DNA from: an uncultured delta proteobacterium
GTDB lineage: Bacteria; Myxococcota_A; Polyangia; Polyangiales; Polyangiaceae
NCBI GenBank assembly: GCA_963806225.1
Contig: CAWDXG010000001.1
Location: forward strand, 928,001-992,000
Direction of reading: 5' to 3'
Length of the DNA: 64,000 nucleotides
Position numbers and translations under genes: made by a program. The notes beneath the pieces are model-generated. The model had not been told where the DNA came from, did no database searches, and saw only the letters and a program-made list of their open reading frames with translations. Shown here in pieces: positions 43,236 through 55,146 of this stretch. How positions within the stretch are numbered: the first letter of the stretch is position 1; the number at the start of each line of letters is the position of its first letter.

Positions 43236-43971
43236 AGAACGTCCGTTCAAGGTCATCGTCGGGCTGGACCTGACAAGCGCCGCTGGTAGCGCCGTCGAGA
43301 CCGCAGCGTTGCTCGCCGCGGTGCTCCGGAGCGAGCTGTCCGGCGTGTTCGTCGAGGACGAGTCCCTGGTCCGCGCCGCGGCGCTGCCTTTCACCTCGCT
43401 GGTGCACAAGAGTGGGACGCTCGGCCCGATCGATACACTCCGTCTCCAGGGCATACTGCGGCTCGCGGCAGCGGCTGCGGAGCGGGCGCTCACCCGGGCC
43501 GCCCAGCAGGCTGGACTGCCGTCGAGCTTCCGCACCGCCCGGGGAAGGTTGCTCGCGCAGTTGCTCGCCGTCGCTGCCCAGCACGATCTGATCGTGTTCG
43601 GGGCCAGGGGCACGGCCGACCCCGGTCCTCCACGCCGCGGTCCGGTTGTCGCGGTGTTCGAGCGGGCGGCCATGGGCACGCCTCTACTCGACCTCGCGGC
43701 GGCCATCGCTGCGGCTCGTGAACACCGGCTGGTCGTGCTTGTGGGCGCGGACGGGGATCGGGAGCCGTTCCGCTCGGCGGTGGCGTGGGCCGAGCGCGGC
43801 CGGGCGACCGTGCGTTCAGTCGACGTGATCGAGGTGACCGGGATCGCGAGGGCGCTGAAGCGCGAGCATGCGTCGTTGCTCCTGGTCAGCGCGGCCAGCG
43901 CCTGGCTCAGGGAGTCGTCGCTCAGGGAGCTACGCGAACAGGCCGACTGTCCGCTGGTGCTGCTCCGCTAG
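43228..43971 (+). CDS. Universal stress protein-like
   Basis: VIVGLD, GVFVED, DLIVFG, CPLVLLR; overlaps the Lon stop. Confidence 0.75.
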   Translation: MAEERPFKVIVGLDLTSAAGSAVETAALLAAVLRSELSGVFVEDESLVRAAALPFTSLVHKSGTLGPIDTLRLQGILRLAAAAAERALTRAAQQAGLPSSFRTARGRLLAQLLAVAAQHDLIVFGARGTADPGPPRRGPVVAVFERAAMGTPLLDLAAAIAAAREHRLVVLVGADGDREPFRSAVAWAERGRATVRSVDVIEVTGIARALKREHASLLLVSAASAWLRESSLRELREQADCPLVLLR

Positions 43972-44074
43972 CGCCGGCGGCTGCGCGCCGGCAAGCACGA
44001 CCGACGTCGAGCAGGTTGCCGGACCAGGTGTGTGGCGTGCGACAAGTCCGGGAAGTATAGGAGCTCTGGAGCCC

Positions 44075-44671
44075 ATGAGCGGAGGCAGGCCCTTGAAGCG
44101 TTGCCGGATCGTGCTGACCGGAGGTCCCGGCGGAGGCAAGACCACCGCGGCGGATCTGTTCCGCCGCGAGCTCGGCAGTCGAGTCGTGATCGTCCCGGAG
44201 GCAGCGACGATCCTCTTCTCGGGAGGATTTCCGCGTTCGTCCGAGCCCGGGGCCTCCCGTGCGGTCCAGACGGCGATCTACCAGGTGCAGCGCAACCTGG
44301 AGGATGTGCAGTCGGAGCTGTATCCGGAGCGCATTCTGTTGTGCGATCGAGGTACGGTTGACGGCGCCGTCTACTGGCCGCCGGATGGCGACTACTTCGC
44401 GGCGATGGGCACCACGCTCGATGAGGAATTGGCACGCTACGACGCGGTCGTGTTCTTCGAGACCGCGGCGCGGGGTGGGCAGTCCATCGAGGGCGGCAAC
44501 CCGGTGCGGATCGAATCCGACGCGGAAGCCGTGGCGATCGACCACGCGCTGCGCGAGCTCTGGTCGAAGCATCCGCGGTTTTCGCTGGTGCCGAACGCCA
44601 GCTCGTTCTTCCAGAAGATCACGTTCGGGCTCGCGGCGATCCAGAGCATCGTCGCGCAGCTATCGGAGTGA
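44075..44671 (+). CDS. P-loop ATPase, NadR/Ttd14 (AAA_28)-like
   Basis: IVLTGGPGGGKTT, VPEAAT, CDRGTVDG. Confidence 0.85.
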   Translation: MSGGRPLKRCRIVLTGGPGGGKTTAADLFRRELGSRVVIVPEAATILFSGGFPRSSEPGASRAVQTAIYQVQRNLEDVQSELYPERILLCDRGTVDGAVYWPPDGDYFAAMGTTLDEELARYDAVVFFETAARGGQSIEGGNPVRIESDAEAVAIDHALRELWSKHPRFSLVPNASSFFQKITFGLAAIQSIVAQLSE

Positions 44672-44763
44672 CGGCTCGACCGTCTTTTTGCCGCCGGTTC
44701 GAAAATGAGCGAAGCCCCAGCCGGTGTCCGGCTGGGGCCCGCCAGGCTCACGATGAGCTCTCG

Positions 44764-45159
44764 TTACCAGCGGTCGCCGCCGCGGTCGCGTCCGCCGCGA
44801 CCCCGGCCGCCGCCGCCGCCGCCACGGCCACCGCCGCCGCCGCCGAAGCCGCCGCCGCCGCCGCCGCCACGGCCACCGCCGCCACGGCCGCCGCCGCCGC
44901 CGCCGCCGCCCTGGCGTTCGCGCGCCGGGTTCACGACGAGCGGGCGCCCGTCGACCATTGCGCCGTTCATCGCATCGATCGCGGCCTCGGCCTCGTTCTG
45001 CGACGCGAACTCCACGAAACCGAAGCCGCGGGATTGCCCGCTCATCCGGTCAATGATGACAGTGGCTGACACCACCTCGCCATATTCCGCGAATGCATCA
45101 CGGAGTTGATGATCCATAGTCGAATAGGCAAGGTTGCCCACATACAGTCGAACGCTCAT
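44764..45159 (-). CDS. RRM RNA-binding protein with a Gly/Arg-rich tail
   Basis: LYVGNL (RNP2), RGFGFVEF (RNP1) and an RGG-like tail. Confidence 0.95.
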   Translation of the reverse strand: MSVRLYVGNLAYSTMDHQLRDAFAEYGEVVSATVIIDRMSGQSRGFGFVEFASQNEAEAAIDAMNGAMVDGRPLVVNPARERQGGGGGGGGRGGGGRGGGGGGGFGGGGGGRGGGGGGRGRGGRDRGGDRW

Positions 45160-45545
45160 CTCTATCTGCCTTCTCAGCCCACGCCATCGATCTCGACCTT
45201 CGAGCGAACGTCTGGCGCCAACGCTCCCTCCGATGCCCCTCCCCGGATGGGAGGCGAAGCAGCACACAGACCAATACTCGAGCGGCGGGAGCCGAATCGG
45301 GCAGAGCATCTGATAGCAGGCAGCCGCAGCCTATCACACCCCACGAGGTTTTCGACCCGCCGCCGGTGTCGGGACTTCTGCGCCCTCGTGAGGCCGCTGG
45401 GCCGGAAATGGGCGAGATACGGTTCGGGAGAGCGTGCGTGCCGGATCGCGGTCTGCGCAATCGATTCGCGTCCTGGGTGACTCTTCCGGCGGACCCGAGG
45501 GGTTCGTGGCTGGGCGCGCGCCTGGAGGCAGGTGTCCGCGGCGCC

Positions 45546-45561
45546 CGGCACGGTGCGTGCT
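45546..45561 (+). promoter_or_regulatory. Possible sigma54-type promoter
   Basis: CGGCAC-GGTGC-GTGCT upstream of the small gene at 45589. Confidence 0.4.
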
Positions 45562-45588
45562 AGCCATGCGGGGAAGGGGGGACGTTCG

Positions 45589-45879
45589 ATGGAGTGGAAC
45601 TACGAAAGTGTGGAGCGCGCGCGCGCCGCGGTCGGCATCCTGCTCGAACAGCTCGGGCTCGACGCCTATCTGTTCGGCGTCGAGCCCGCGAACGGAATCT
45701 GGGAGATCCACCTCGAATACGAGGACGAAGCTGGCTGGACCACGCGGGTGCTCCAGGTCGACAGCGCGACGCTTGTTGCGAGCTTCTCGGAGCCTGATGC
45801 CCGGTCGAAGCTCCTTCATAGCTGGAGCCTGGCGCTGAAGAGCGCGAAGCGCGCGGCGCGCGCGCCGGCGCCCCTCTGA
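45589..45879 (+). CDS. Small hypothetical protein
   Basis: G-rich RBS; LLEQLGLDAYLFGVEP...WEIHLEY has protein-like composition and high GC3. Confidence 0.7.
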   Translation: MEWNYESVERARAAVGILLEQLGLDAYLFGVEPANGIWEIHLEYEDEAGWTTRVLQVDSATLVASFSEPDARSKLLHSWSLALKSAKRAARAPAPL

Positions 45880-45881
45880 CT

Positions 45882-47468
<1,587 letters not shown>

Positions 47469-47603
47469 GACACGACGCGGGGTGGGACCGGACCGCGGAC
47501 CGCGGACTTTGAAGGCTGGTGCGGCGTTTGGCCAGCAGTTTTGTCGATCCCGGCCGCCGGCAGGCGTGTCCTCGCCGCTCTTCGCGAACCCGGCTACCGG
47601 AAG

Positions 47604-49442
47604 TCAGCGACTGACGACGACCTCAGGGGGCGGCGGCTCGGCGAAGAGGCGTGCCACGTCAGCTGCGCGGCGATCCAGCACCGCGCGCTGGTTGATGTAG
47701 CCCTTGTCCGTGATCTCGCCGCCGTCGATGCTGGGCGGCGTCGTGAGCCAGAGCGCACGCCGAACGCGCATGTTCGAGTGCGGATGCCGCGTGTTGTGCT
47801 TTGCAAGGCCCGCCGCGATCTGGTCCAGCACCGCGTCGGTTGCCACGACCCGGGCGAGTGGCGCGTCCGTCGCCCCGGCCGCAATCTCGCGGCACGCCGC
47901 CTCGTTGGGAAACAGAAGCGCGCCCACCTCGTCGCGGTCGTGGCCCGCAATCACGGCGTCCTGGACCAGCGGTGCGCAGGCCGCGATCAGCGCCACCCTG
48001 AGCTGTCCAACGCTCACCCAGGTCCCGCTCGTCAGCTTGAAATTCTCCGCGGTCCGTCCGTCGAAGACCACGCCCTTCACGGGTGCTTCCGGGTCTTCGA
48101 GCCGCCCGGCGTCGCCGGTCGGCAGAAAGCCGTCCTCGTCGAAGCGGGCTTTGCGCATTCCGCCGCCGGCTTCCCAGTAGCCCGGCGTGATGTTCGGCCC
48201 CTTTGCCCGCATCTCGAGCTTGTCGCCCTCGGGGACCAGCTTGAGCTCCGTGCCCGGCGCCGGAAGGCCGATCACGCCGGCCCGCTTCATGGGGAAGTGG
48301 ACCGACGTGACCAGCGGCGCGGTTTCCGTCGAGCCCCACGCCGAGACCATCAACGCCCGCTCGCCGCGCGCTTTCTCGCTGACTCTCTCCAGGCGTTCCC
48401 ACAGATTCTGCGGCAATGCGGCGGCCGCATAGAACAACAGATCGAGATCGCGGAAGAAGCTGTCCCTGAGTGCAGCATCCTCCTCCAGGTAGGGCAGGAG
48501 CATGCCGAAGCCTCGTGGCACGTTGAAGTACAGCGTCGGCGATACTTCCCGCAGGTTCTCCACGGTCTTGTCGATCCGGCCGGGCGCCGGCTTGCCGCCG
48601 TCCACGTACAGGGTGCCGCCGTTGTAGAGCACCATGTTGAAGTTGTGGTTTCCGCCGAACGTGTGGCTCCAGGGGAGCCAGTCCACCACCACCGGTGGTC
48701 GGTCGCCCAGGAAGGGCCAGAGCAGACGGATCGCCTGCTGGTTCGAGCACAGCATGCGCTGCGTGTTGACCACGCCCTTCGGCGACCCGGTAGAGCCCGA
48801 CGTGAACAGGACCTTCGCGATGGTGTCGGGACCGACGGCCTTGAATGCCTCTTCCACCCCGCCGCCCGGCGCACACCGGGAGAGGGCGTCCAGCTCGTGG
48901 CCGCCGCGCGGCGGCTCGACGGCACAGACGACGGGCGTGTCGCCCAGTGCGAGCGCGCCGAGCGCGCGCGCGAACAGCGTGCCGTTCTCCGCGTATACGG
49001 CGCCAGGGCCGAGCTGGGCGAAAACGTCCCGCAGCTTGCGCAGATCCTGCGACAGGAGCGAGTAGGCCGGGGACACCGGTGCGGCCGGCACGCCGATGTG
49101 CATGGCCGCGAGCTGGACGAGCGCGTGGCCGATGCTGTTGTCGGAGAGCAGCATGACAGGCCTCGACGGCGTGGCGCCGAGATCGAGAAGTCCCTGTGCG
49201 AGGCCGCGCACGCGCTTCCGGGCCTCGCCGTACGTCAGCGTGCGCCAGCCCCCGTCCGGAGCGCGTTCCGCCAGGAAGACGTGCTCCGGCGTCGCGTCGG
49301 CCCAGGCCTCCAGCAGGTCGCCGAGACAGCGCGGGTAGTTGCCGAGCGGCGTGGGCGAACGCAGTACGAACCCACCGGCCGGCATGTCCGTTTTCTCGAC
49401 AGCGGGTGGCAGAAGCCGCGGCTGGCGGCGCGGAGCGGGCAT
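47604..49442 (-). CDS. fcs: Feruloyl-CoA synthase-like AMP-dependent ligase
   Basis: [43 protein letters not shown]. Confidence 0.88.
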   Translation of the reverse strand: MPAPRRQPRLLPPAVEKTDMPAGGFVLRSPTPLGNYPRCLGDLLEAWADATPEHVFLAERAPDGGWRTLTYGEARKRVRGLAQGLLDLGATPSRPVMLLSDNSIGHALVQLAAMHIGVPAAPVSPAYSLLSQDLRKLRDVFAQLGPGAVYAENGTLFARALGALALGDTPVVCAVEPPRGGHELDALSRCAPGGGVEEAFKAVGPDTIAKVLFTSGSTGSPKGVVNTQRMLCSNQQAIRLLWPFLGDRPPVVVDWLPWSHTFGGNHNFNMVLYNGGTLYVDGGKPAPGRIDKTVENLREVSPTLYFNVPRGFGMLLPYLEEDAALRDSFFRDLDLLFYAAAALPQNLWERLERVSEKARGERALMVSAWGSTETAPLVTSVHFPMKRAGVIGLPAPGTELKLVPEGDKLEMRAKGPNITPGYWEAGGGMRKARFDEDGFLPTGDAGRLEDPEAPVKGVVFDGRTAENFKLTSGTWVSVGQLRVALIAACAPLVQDAVIAGHDRDEVGALLFPNEAACREIAAGATDAPLARVVATDAVLDQIAAGLAKHNTRHPHSNMRVRRALWLTTPPSIDGGEITDKGYINQRAVLDRRAADVARLFAEPPPPEVVVSR

Positions 49443-49517
49443 GAGCCCAGTCTGCGTGCGCCAGGTGTTGCTGTCGAGAGGCAGGCAGAGCAGCGCGACA
49501 TGGTCTACGCTTGAGGT

Positions 49518-49964
49518 GTGAACACGCTCCGTGCTGCCACCGTGGTCCTTGCGATGGGTCTGGTGATGTCGCTGCTCCCTGGTTGTGGCGGGTCCGGGCG
49601 CACGCCCGAGGACGCATCCGCCGCCAGCCGCGCCGCCGCGAATCGCCGCCTGCAAGGCACCTGGGTGCTGGCGAGCTTCCAGTCCGAGGTGCCGCTCGAA
49701 CCGATGTTGCAGGGTCTGCTCGCCGTGCAGGTCGGGCACCTCCGCGTGACCTTCGACGGAGACCGGATCAATGCGCTCGGCCCCGGCGTGAGCGCGACGC
49801 GAAAGTACGTGGTGACGGACGCCGCGTTCCAGCGGGCGAAGCTGACTGTGTACGACGAGGGCGTGCCCTACCAGGTGGACGGCGAGTTCCGGGGCAACCA
49901 GATCGCGTTCCATGCGCTGACCTCGCCCTGGCGTGGCACCGGGACACTGGTGCGGGCCCAATAG
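49518..49964 (+). CDS. Hypothetical lipoprotein
   Basis: Lipobox LLPGC; LQGTWVL start of a beta-rich domain. Confidence 0.7.
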   Translation: MNTLRAATVVLAMGLVMSLLPGCGGSGRTPEDASAASRAAANRRLQGTWVLASFQSEVPLEPMLQGLLAVQVGHLRVTFDGDRINALGPGVSATRKYVVTDAAFQRAKLTVYDEGVPYQVDGEFRGNQIAFHALTSPWRGTGTLVRAQ

Positions 49965-50048
49965 CGGGGGGGCCGGGGAGCGCGATCTCGACGGCGCTCC
50001 GCGTCTTCGCCGACACGGGAACTCGCCGGTCGTGACCGACCCGCTGCT

Positions 50049-50505
50049 TCAGGACGCTTCTTCGCGGCGCCTGACGCCGGCTTTCGTCTTCCTGTGATCG
50101 AGAACGACGGCCACGCCGAGTCCGAGCAGGAAGCCGGGAAGGCTGAATACCAGCGCCACCGGTAGAGCCTGATCCTTGTAGTCGCGGTAGGGCGCAGTGA
50201 TCAGATCGAACGTCGTCCATTCCGTCGATGTGGGCGTCGAGGACGTGCGCAACCAGCTTGCCCTCGGGCGAGTCGGGCTGGCTTTCGGCCTGATGGCGAC
50301 GCTTTGCGTCCATCGCCAGGGCCTGGAGCTCTCGCATCTCGCGCCGGGCCTGGTCGGGGTTCCACTTGCCGCTCTTGACGAGCAGGGCCTGCTGCCGGGC
50401 GAGCGCGGCGTGCATGTCGGAGTACCGGGTTGCCCAGCCGACGCACGCGCCCAGGAGCATGCCCACAATCACGCACACCCAGTAGATCTTCGGGGTCGTT
50501 TCCAT
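50049..50505 (-). CDS. Small two-TM membrane protein with an apparent frameshift near 50217
   Basis: N-terminal TM (IYWVCVIVGMLLGACVGW) in one frame; C-terminal TM (LPVALVFSLPGFLLGLGVAVVL) in the adjacent frame. Confidence 0.5.
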
Positions 50506-50642
50506 TCAGCTCGCTTCGTCGGGGGCCGGCCGAACGCGCCGCCGTGGCCAGCATAACATTACCCCGGCGTCCCACAACGCTCCGGGCGTAGGGCGCTCCA
50601 GGCGCTTGCCAGCACACCGGCACAGAAGTAAGAGCCGGAGGC

Positions 50643-51416
50643 ATGGTAGGAAGCGCCAGGGCACGGGTGGGCGGCAACAGCGAGCGGGCAAACAGCGCAG
50701 GGCGTCGTCGCTCCTGGCTTCGCTGGGGTGCGACGTTGGCGCTCGGACTGGGCGTCGTTGCCTGCAACCAGAAGAACCAGCAGAAATGCCAGCAGGCCCT
50801 GGACACTACGCGCAAGTCGTTGAAAGTCGACAACATCGACCTTGCCCACCAGTGGCGGGCGCGCGCGTACGAATACTGCGCCGATACGGGTGAGCTGGCG
50901 AAGCTCGACCAGGAGATCGTCGCGCGCCAGAAGGCGATCGAGACCGAGCGCCACGACAAGGAAGAGAACAAGGCGCACGCGCACGAGCTGACGGCGCTGC
51001 TTGTCCAGTGGGCGGGTGACCATCGCGCGCAGCCGGAGGCGGCCGCGCAGACCGTGAACTGCGGTGCGGTGGATGCCGACGCCGGCGCCCCGACTGCTGC
51101 GAAGGACAAGAAGCCTCGCTGGTGTACGCGCGTCCGTACGGTGACCGGCGGCTATCGTCTGGCCGTGCGCTACCGCGAGGACGATCCCAAGGTGGTTGAC
51201 TTCTCGACGCTGTCCCCGGCGCCCGTGGACTGTTCCGCTCTGGGTGCGAACAAGGTCATGGTCAAGGGCCCGCCCAAGACCTACTGCCAGATCACGGGGG
51301 GGCGGCTGCAGGGCATGCAGGCGTTGATCACGAACCAGCCGGATGGCACGCACATCGACGTCTTCACGCCCGAGTACGTGCAGCGCGATGCCACGATCCG
51401 GTCGCTGACACGCTGA
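50643..51416 (+). CDS. Hypothetical lipoprotein
   Basis: LALGLGVVAC lipobox; helical then Cys-containing beta domain. Confidence 0.72.
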   Translation: MVGSARARVGGNSERANSAGRRRSWLRWGATLALGLGVVACNQKNQQKCQQALDTTRKSLKVDNIDLAHQWRARAYEYCADTGELAKLDQEIVARQKAIETERHDKEENKAHAHELTALLVQWAGDHRAQPEAAAQTVNCGAVDADAGAPTAAKDKKPRWCTRVRTVTGGYRLAVRYREDDPKVVDFSTLSPAPVDCSALGANKVMVKGPPKTYCQITGGRLQGMQALITNQPDGTHIDVFTPEYVQRDATIRSLTR

Positions 51417-51437
51417 GCCAGCGCTGCCGGCCGCCCG

Positions 51438-53651
51438 TCACTTCCCGTACTGCGTCACGGCGCGCCGCCAGAACGTCTCGAACGCCGCCTGGTTCGCGCT
51501 CGTCGGCAGCTTGCCGTAGTGGAATGGACGCGGGATCCCGTTCTTGAACAGGCAGCCCAGAGCGTCGGCGAATCCATCCGCGCTGGAGGAGACTGCCGTC
51601 GGCGCGGGTGGAGCGGCGACCATGTCGTCCAGCACCTTGCTGAGCTCCTTGCAGGAGCCGCCGAGCTGGGGAAGCCGGATCGGCTTCACATCGGCCGGGC
51701 AGCAGCCGTGGCGGACGACTGCCGTGGCGGGGAGCTCGTACCAGTTGAACTCCGACCACTCCTTCATGCCCGCTGTGACCTTGCCGCCGCCTGCGGCCAC
51801 GATGCGGCGGTAGAGCTGCGAGTTGATTCCGCGGAAATCGGCGTCCTTGCACAGGAAGTCGAACCCCTTGGTGCTGTGGAAGGTGCCCGGGAGGAAATAC
51901 GATTGCACGCACGCTCCAACGTCGTCCGGTCGCGCCTTTTCGCCCTGCGTGGTCGCCCCGTCGCCTGGATCGGCTGCGCCGGCTGTTGCGGCGTCGCCCG
52001 CCGCCGCGCCGCTTCCACCGTCCGCTGTGCTCGAAGGTGCGGTCGCCGGGGGCGGTGTCGAGCCGCCGGTCGGCGTGGTGGGCGTCGCCTTGCCCGGAGC
52101 GGACACCAGACCGAGCCCGGCGAGCACAGGCATCAGCCGGTCGCGCGCCAGATACGCCGTGACACTGCAGGCGACGATCAGGGTGAGCAGTGCCCACAGG
52201 ACGACGCCGCCGCGCCTGGGTTGCTCCTGCTCCCGCGCGGAGGACAGCACGGTGGCTTCCTGCGGAGAGACCGGCGGCGGCTCGGCCGGCGGCAGACCCG
52301 GCGCGAACGGGGGCCCCTGGGGCGGAGCGCCCGGAAAGCCCATGGGAGGAGCCGGCGCAGGGGCGGGGAAGGGCGCGGGGTGTTCGGGTGCGGAGTCGGC
52401 GCTCCGGCCCAGCACCGCTTCCGCGTCGAGGATCCGGGTGGCGGCATCCTCGTCGTCTTCGTCGTCGTAGGCGGTTGCGGCGGGGGCTGATGGCGGCGCG
52501 GCGTGAGGCGCCGAAGGCGGCGGCAAAGGACCGGGCGCCGATTGCCGCGGCGGGAGCGGTCCGGGCGCCGATTGCCGCGGCGGCGCCACTTCCGGAGCGG
52601 GAGGGCGGGACTCCGGGAACCGGAAGGACGACACGTCCACGATGCTGGTGGGCGCCTCGTCGTCCTCGTCCGCATCGTCGAGAGGCGGGAGCGCCCGCGC
52701 GGCTTCGTCGTCCGCGGCGCGGCCGGCCGCGCGGGCCGCCGCGAGCAGCTCGGCCGCCGAGCTGACAATGGTCTGCGCGTTATCGTCGTCCCACTCCGCT
52801 TCGTCGTCGTCAGCTGGCTGGATCGGCGACAGTCCGGCCGCCGGCTGCTCGACAGCGCCCGTGTGCGAGTCCTGCCAGGCGTGCAGCGCTTCCCGGAATT
52901 CGACGACGTCCGCGCGGCGGTCGTTGGGCTCGGGAGCGAGACCGCGTGTGATGAGCTCCTGCAGCTCCGGGTCGTCGATGCCATGCTCCGAGAGCGGCGC
53001 TGCACCCTCGGAGAGCATGCTCCGCACCAGCTGTTCGCGGCTGGTGCCGCTGAACGGCGTGGTGCCTGTCAGCGTTGCGTACAGCGTGGCATGCAGCGCC
53101 CACATGTCGTCGACGGTGCTGGGCCCGTGACCCCGGAGTCGTTCAGGCGAGCAGTACGATCCGCTGGGGGGAGCGAGGAGCTGCGACAGCACCGGACCCT
53201 CTGGTCCGTTCTCGGGGCTGGCGACGATGCCGCGCGGCGAGATCGCGCCGTGCACTCCGCCGATTGCGTGCAGTGACTCGACGGCCTGCGCGAGCTGCTC
53301 CACAAGTTCCACCGCCTCGGCCCGCTCCAGTCGGCTCGAGCGCAGTCGATCGTGCAGCGTGACGCCGTGCACATACTCGGCGACGACAACGGCGGTCGAC
53401 TTCAGACCGGACTGCGGCGGCAGCGAGCGCGGATCGGCGTCGTGGATCACGTCCAGGATCGCCGTCAGATGCGGGTGACGGACGCCGACAATCCCTTCGA
53501 GGCCGGCCACGCGTGCGGCGCCCAGAGCGGAAGCGATGACGGTGCGGCGCGTCTGTTCGTCGATGGCAAGCCAGCTGACCGACTTGGCTCCGGTCTGCAG
53601 GCTCCTGGAAAACCGATAGTGCCCAGCCAGCGGGGTCTCTGGGGCTTGCAT
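51438..53651 (-). CDS. Membrane-anchored protein-kinase-like protein (probable pseudokinase)
   Basis: RHPHL, VAEYVHG, HGAISPRGI (no HRD), YCSPER, DMWAL; acidic/Pro linker, TM helix and Cys-containing C-terminal domain. Confidence 0.8.
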   Translation of the reverse strand: MQAPETPLAGHYRFSRSLQTGAKSVSWLAIDEQTRRTVIASALGAARVAGLEGIVGVRHPHLTAILDVIHDADPRSLPPQSGLKSTAVVVAEYVHGVTLHDRLRSSRLERAEAVELVEQLAQAVESLHAIGGVHGAISPRGIVASPENGPEGPVLSQLLAPPSGSYCSPERLRGHGPSTVDDMWALHATLYATLTGTTPFSGTSREQLVRSMLSEGAAPLSEHGIDDPELQELITRGLAPEPNDRRADVVEFREALHAWQDSHTGAVEQPAAGLSPIQPADDDEAEWDDDNAQTIVSSAAELLAAARAAGRAADDEAARALPPLDDADEDDEAPTSIVDVSSFRFPESRPPAPEVAPPRQSAPGPLPPRQSAPGPLPPPSAPHAAPPSAPAATAYDDEDDEDAATRILDAEAVLGRSADSAPEHPAPFPAPAPAPPMGFPGAPPQGPPFAPGLPPAEPPPVSPQEATVLSSAREQEQPRRGGVVLWALLTLIVACSVTAYLARDRLMPVLAGLGLVSAPGKATPTTPTGGSTPPPATAPSSTADGGSGAAAGDAATAGAADPGDGATTQGEKARPDDVGACVQSYFLPGTFHSTKGFDFLCKDADFRGINSQLYRRIVAAGGGKVTAGMKEWSEFNWYELPATAVVRHGCCPADVKPIRLPQLGGSCKELSKVLDDMVAAPPAPTAVSSSADGFADALGCLFKNGIPRPFHYGKLPTSANQAAFETFWRRAVTQYGK

Positions 53652-53802
53652 TACCCTGATGCTCCCTTTTCCGGGCCCGTGTGAGAAGGCCTTTCCTACC
53701 CGAAATGTTGGTGGGTCGTCGTCGCAGCGCCCTGGAGAGCCCAGGAACAGCGGATCGCGGTGCAGGATCTCCCGCGCCGCGGCGTGCTAGATAGGCAGGG
53801 CA

Positions 53803-54234
53803 ATGGCCTCTTCCAAGGCTGGATTCGTGCTTGCTCTGGCCCTCGCCGGCGCCATCGGAGCGTGTCACCGGGCGGCGCCGGCCAAGGCGGCCGCTGCCCC
53901 CGCGAGTTCCGTGCCTCCTCCCGTCAAGGTCGTGGAGGGGTCGATCGTCTTCACCGACTGTCCTGACTCCAGACATCTCGGCGCTGGGCGGGCACGGGCC
54001 GCGATCAACAAGTTGGTGGACGGTTGCAGCTCGGTGCCTGGAGGCAGCGCGCGCTTCATGGCGACGCTGAAGCCCGGCGGCTCCATCGAGATCGCGGCCC
54101 CGAGCGGGAGCAAGGACGAAGGGGTTGTGCCGATCTGTGTGCTCCAGAACCACCTGCGCCACCATCTGTGGCTGCATCATCCCTGCACCATGGAAGTGCG
54201 GATCCAGGAGCAGAGCGTGTCGGGGTCGCGCTGA
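53803..54234 (+). CDS. Hypothetical lipoprotein
   Basis: FVLALALAGAIGAC lipobox and four further Cys. Confidence 0.68.
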   Translation: MASSKAGFVLALALAGAIGACHRAAPAKAAAAPASSVPPPVKVVEGSIVFTDCPDSRHLGAGRARAAINKLVDGCSSVPGGSARFMATLKPGGSIEIAAPSGSKDEGVVPICVLQNHLRHHLWLHHPCTMEVRIQEQSVSGSR

Positions 54235-54238
54235 GCCG

Positions 54239-54988
54239 TCAGGCCACGCGGGCGGCCTGACGGGCGCGCTTGTCGCGGTAGAGCCGGGCGTCGGCGACGG
54301 TCAGCAGCGCTTCCGAGGTCGTGGTCTTGTTTGCCGTCGCCACGCCTACGCTCACGCCGAGCGGGCGTCCGGCGACGCGCTTCGCCGCCATGCTGCTGCG
54401 TACCCGTTCCGCCACCAGCGCGGCTTCCTCCGCGTCGGTGTCGGGCAGCAGCAGGGCGAACTCGTCGCCGCCCACGCGGGCAGCCAGATCGCTCGAACGC
54501 GTCGCCTCCGTGCACGCGCCCGCAAGCTCGCGGATGGCTCGATCGCCCGCGGCATGGCCGGCGTTGTCGTTCAAGGCCTTGAGTGCGTCCAGATCGAACA
54601 GCACCACCGACAGCGCGCCTCCGTGGCGGGAGTGGCGGGCCAGCTCGCGCCAGAGGGCAGCGGCGAACACGCGACGATTCGCCAGCCCTGTGAGGGGCTC
54701 GGTATCGGCCAGAGTGCGCAGCTCCTCGAGCTCGTGAGCGCGATTGGCCAGCGCCTTCAAGAGCGGCGCGAACTGGTCCGCGTCGGGACCGAGCAGGACG
54801 AGCGCCTCGCCGAGGAGCTCGTCTGCGCGCGCGGGCTCGCCGGTCGTGGCGAGTTCCGTCAACACGGCCAGCACTTCTCCGTTCAGCCGGAGGGCCGCGA
54901 TCTCGCGGCGCAGGCGCTCTCCAACGGTGTAGGTGCCGCTCATCTCGTCTGCTTCCGTGAACTGGTCGAGCCGCATGATCCCTATCAA
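54239..54988 (-). CDS. GGDEF diguanylate cyclase
   Basis: TEPLTGLANRR, DLDALKALND, GHAAGD, RSSD I-site and ARVGGDEF. Confidence 0.93.
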   Translation of the reverse strand: MIGIMRLDQFTEADEMSGTYTVGERLRREIAALRLNGEVLAVLTELATTGEPARADELLGEALVLLGPDADQFAPLLKALANRAHELEELRTLADTEPLTGLANRRVFAAALWRELARHSRHGGALSVVLFDLDALKALNDNAGHAAGDRAIRELAGACTEATRSSDLAARVGGDEFALLLPDTDAEEAALVAERVRSSMAAKRVAGRPLGVSVGVATANKTTTSEALLTVADARLYRDKRARQAARVA

Positions 54989-55046
54989 GAGGATGCGAGA
55001 ATCGTTCCATGTTCTCCGGGCGCCACTCCGGTCATCTCAACTATTG

Positions 55047-55060
55047 AATTGAATTCAATT
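55047..55060. promoter_or_regulatory. AT-rich palindrome (putative operator) upstream of the diguanylate cyclase
   Basis: Perfect 14-bp palindrome AATTGAATTCAATT in an intergenic AT island. Confidence 0.5.
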
Positions 55061-55146
55061 ATGTTGTTCCGGACCGACCGAACGGTCCCCACGGGCGGGC
55101 CGCGGATTGTGCGGAGCGCAGCCGCGATCGGGGCAAGTTGCGCCGC

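Noticed and set aside
44775..44912. (GCC)n-rich tract
   Set aside because: It encodes the Gly/Arg tail of the RRM protein.
52531..52583. Direct repeat with 30-bp period
   Set aside because: In-frame coding duplication (PPRQSAPGPL x2) in the pseudokinase linker; only two copies and no spacers.
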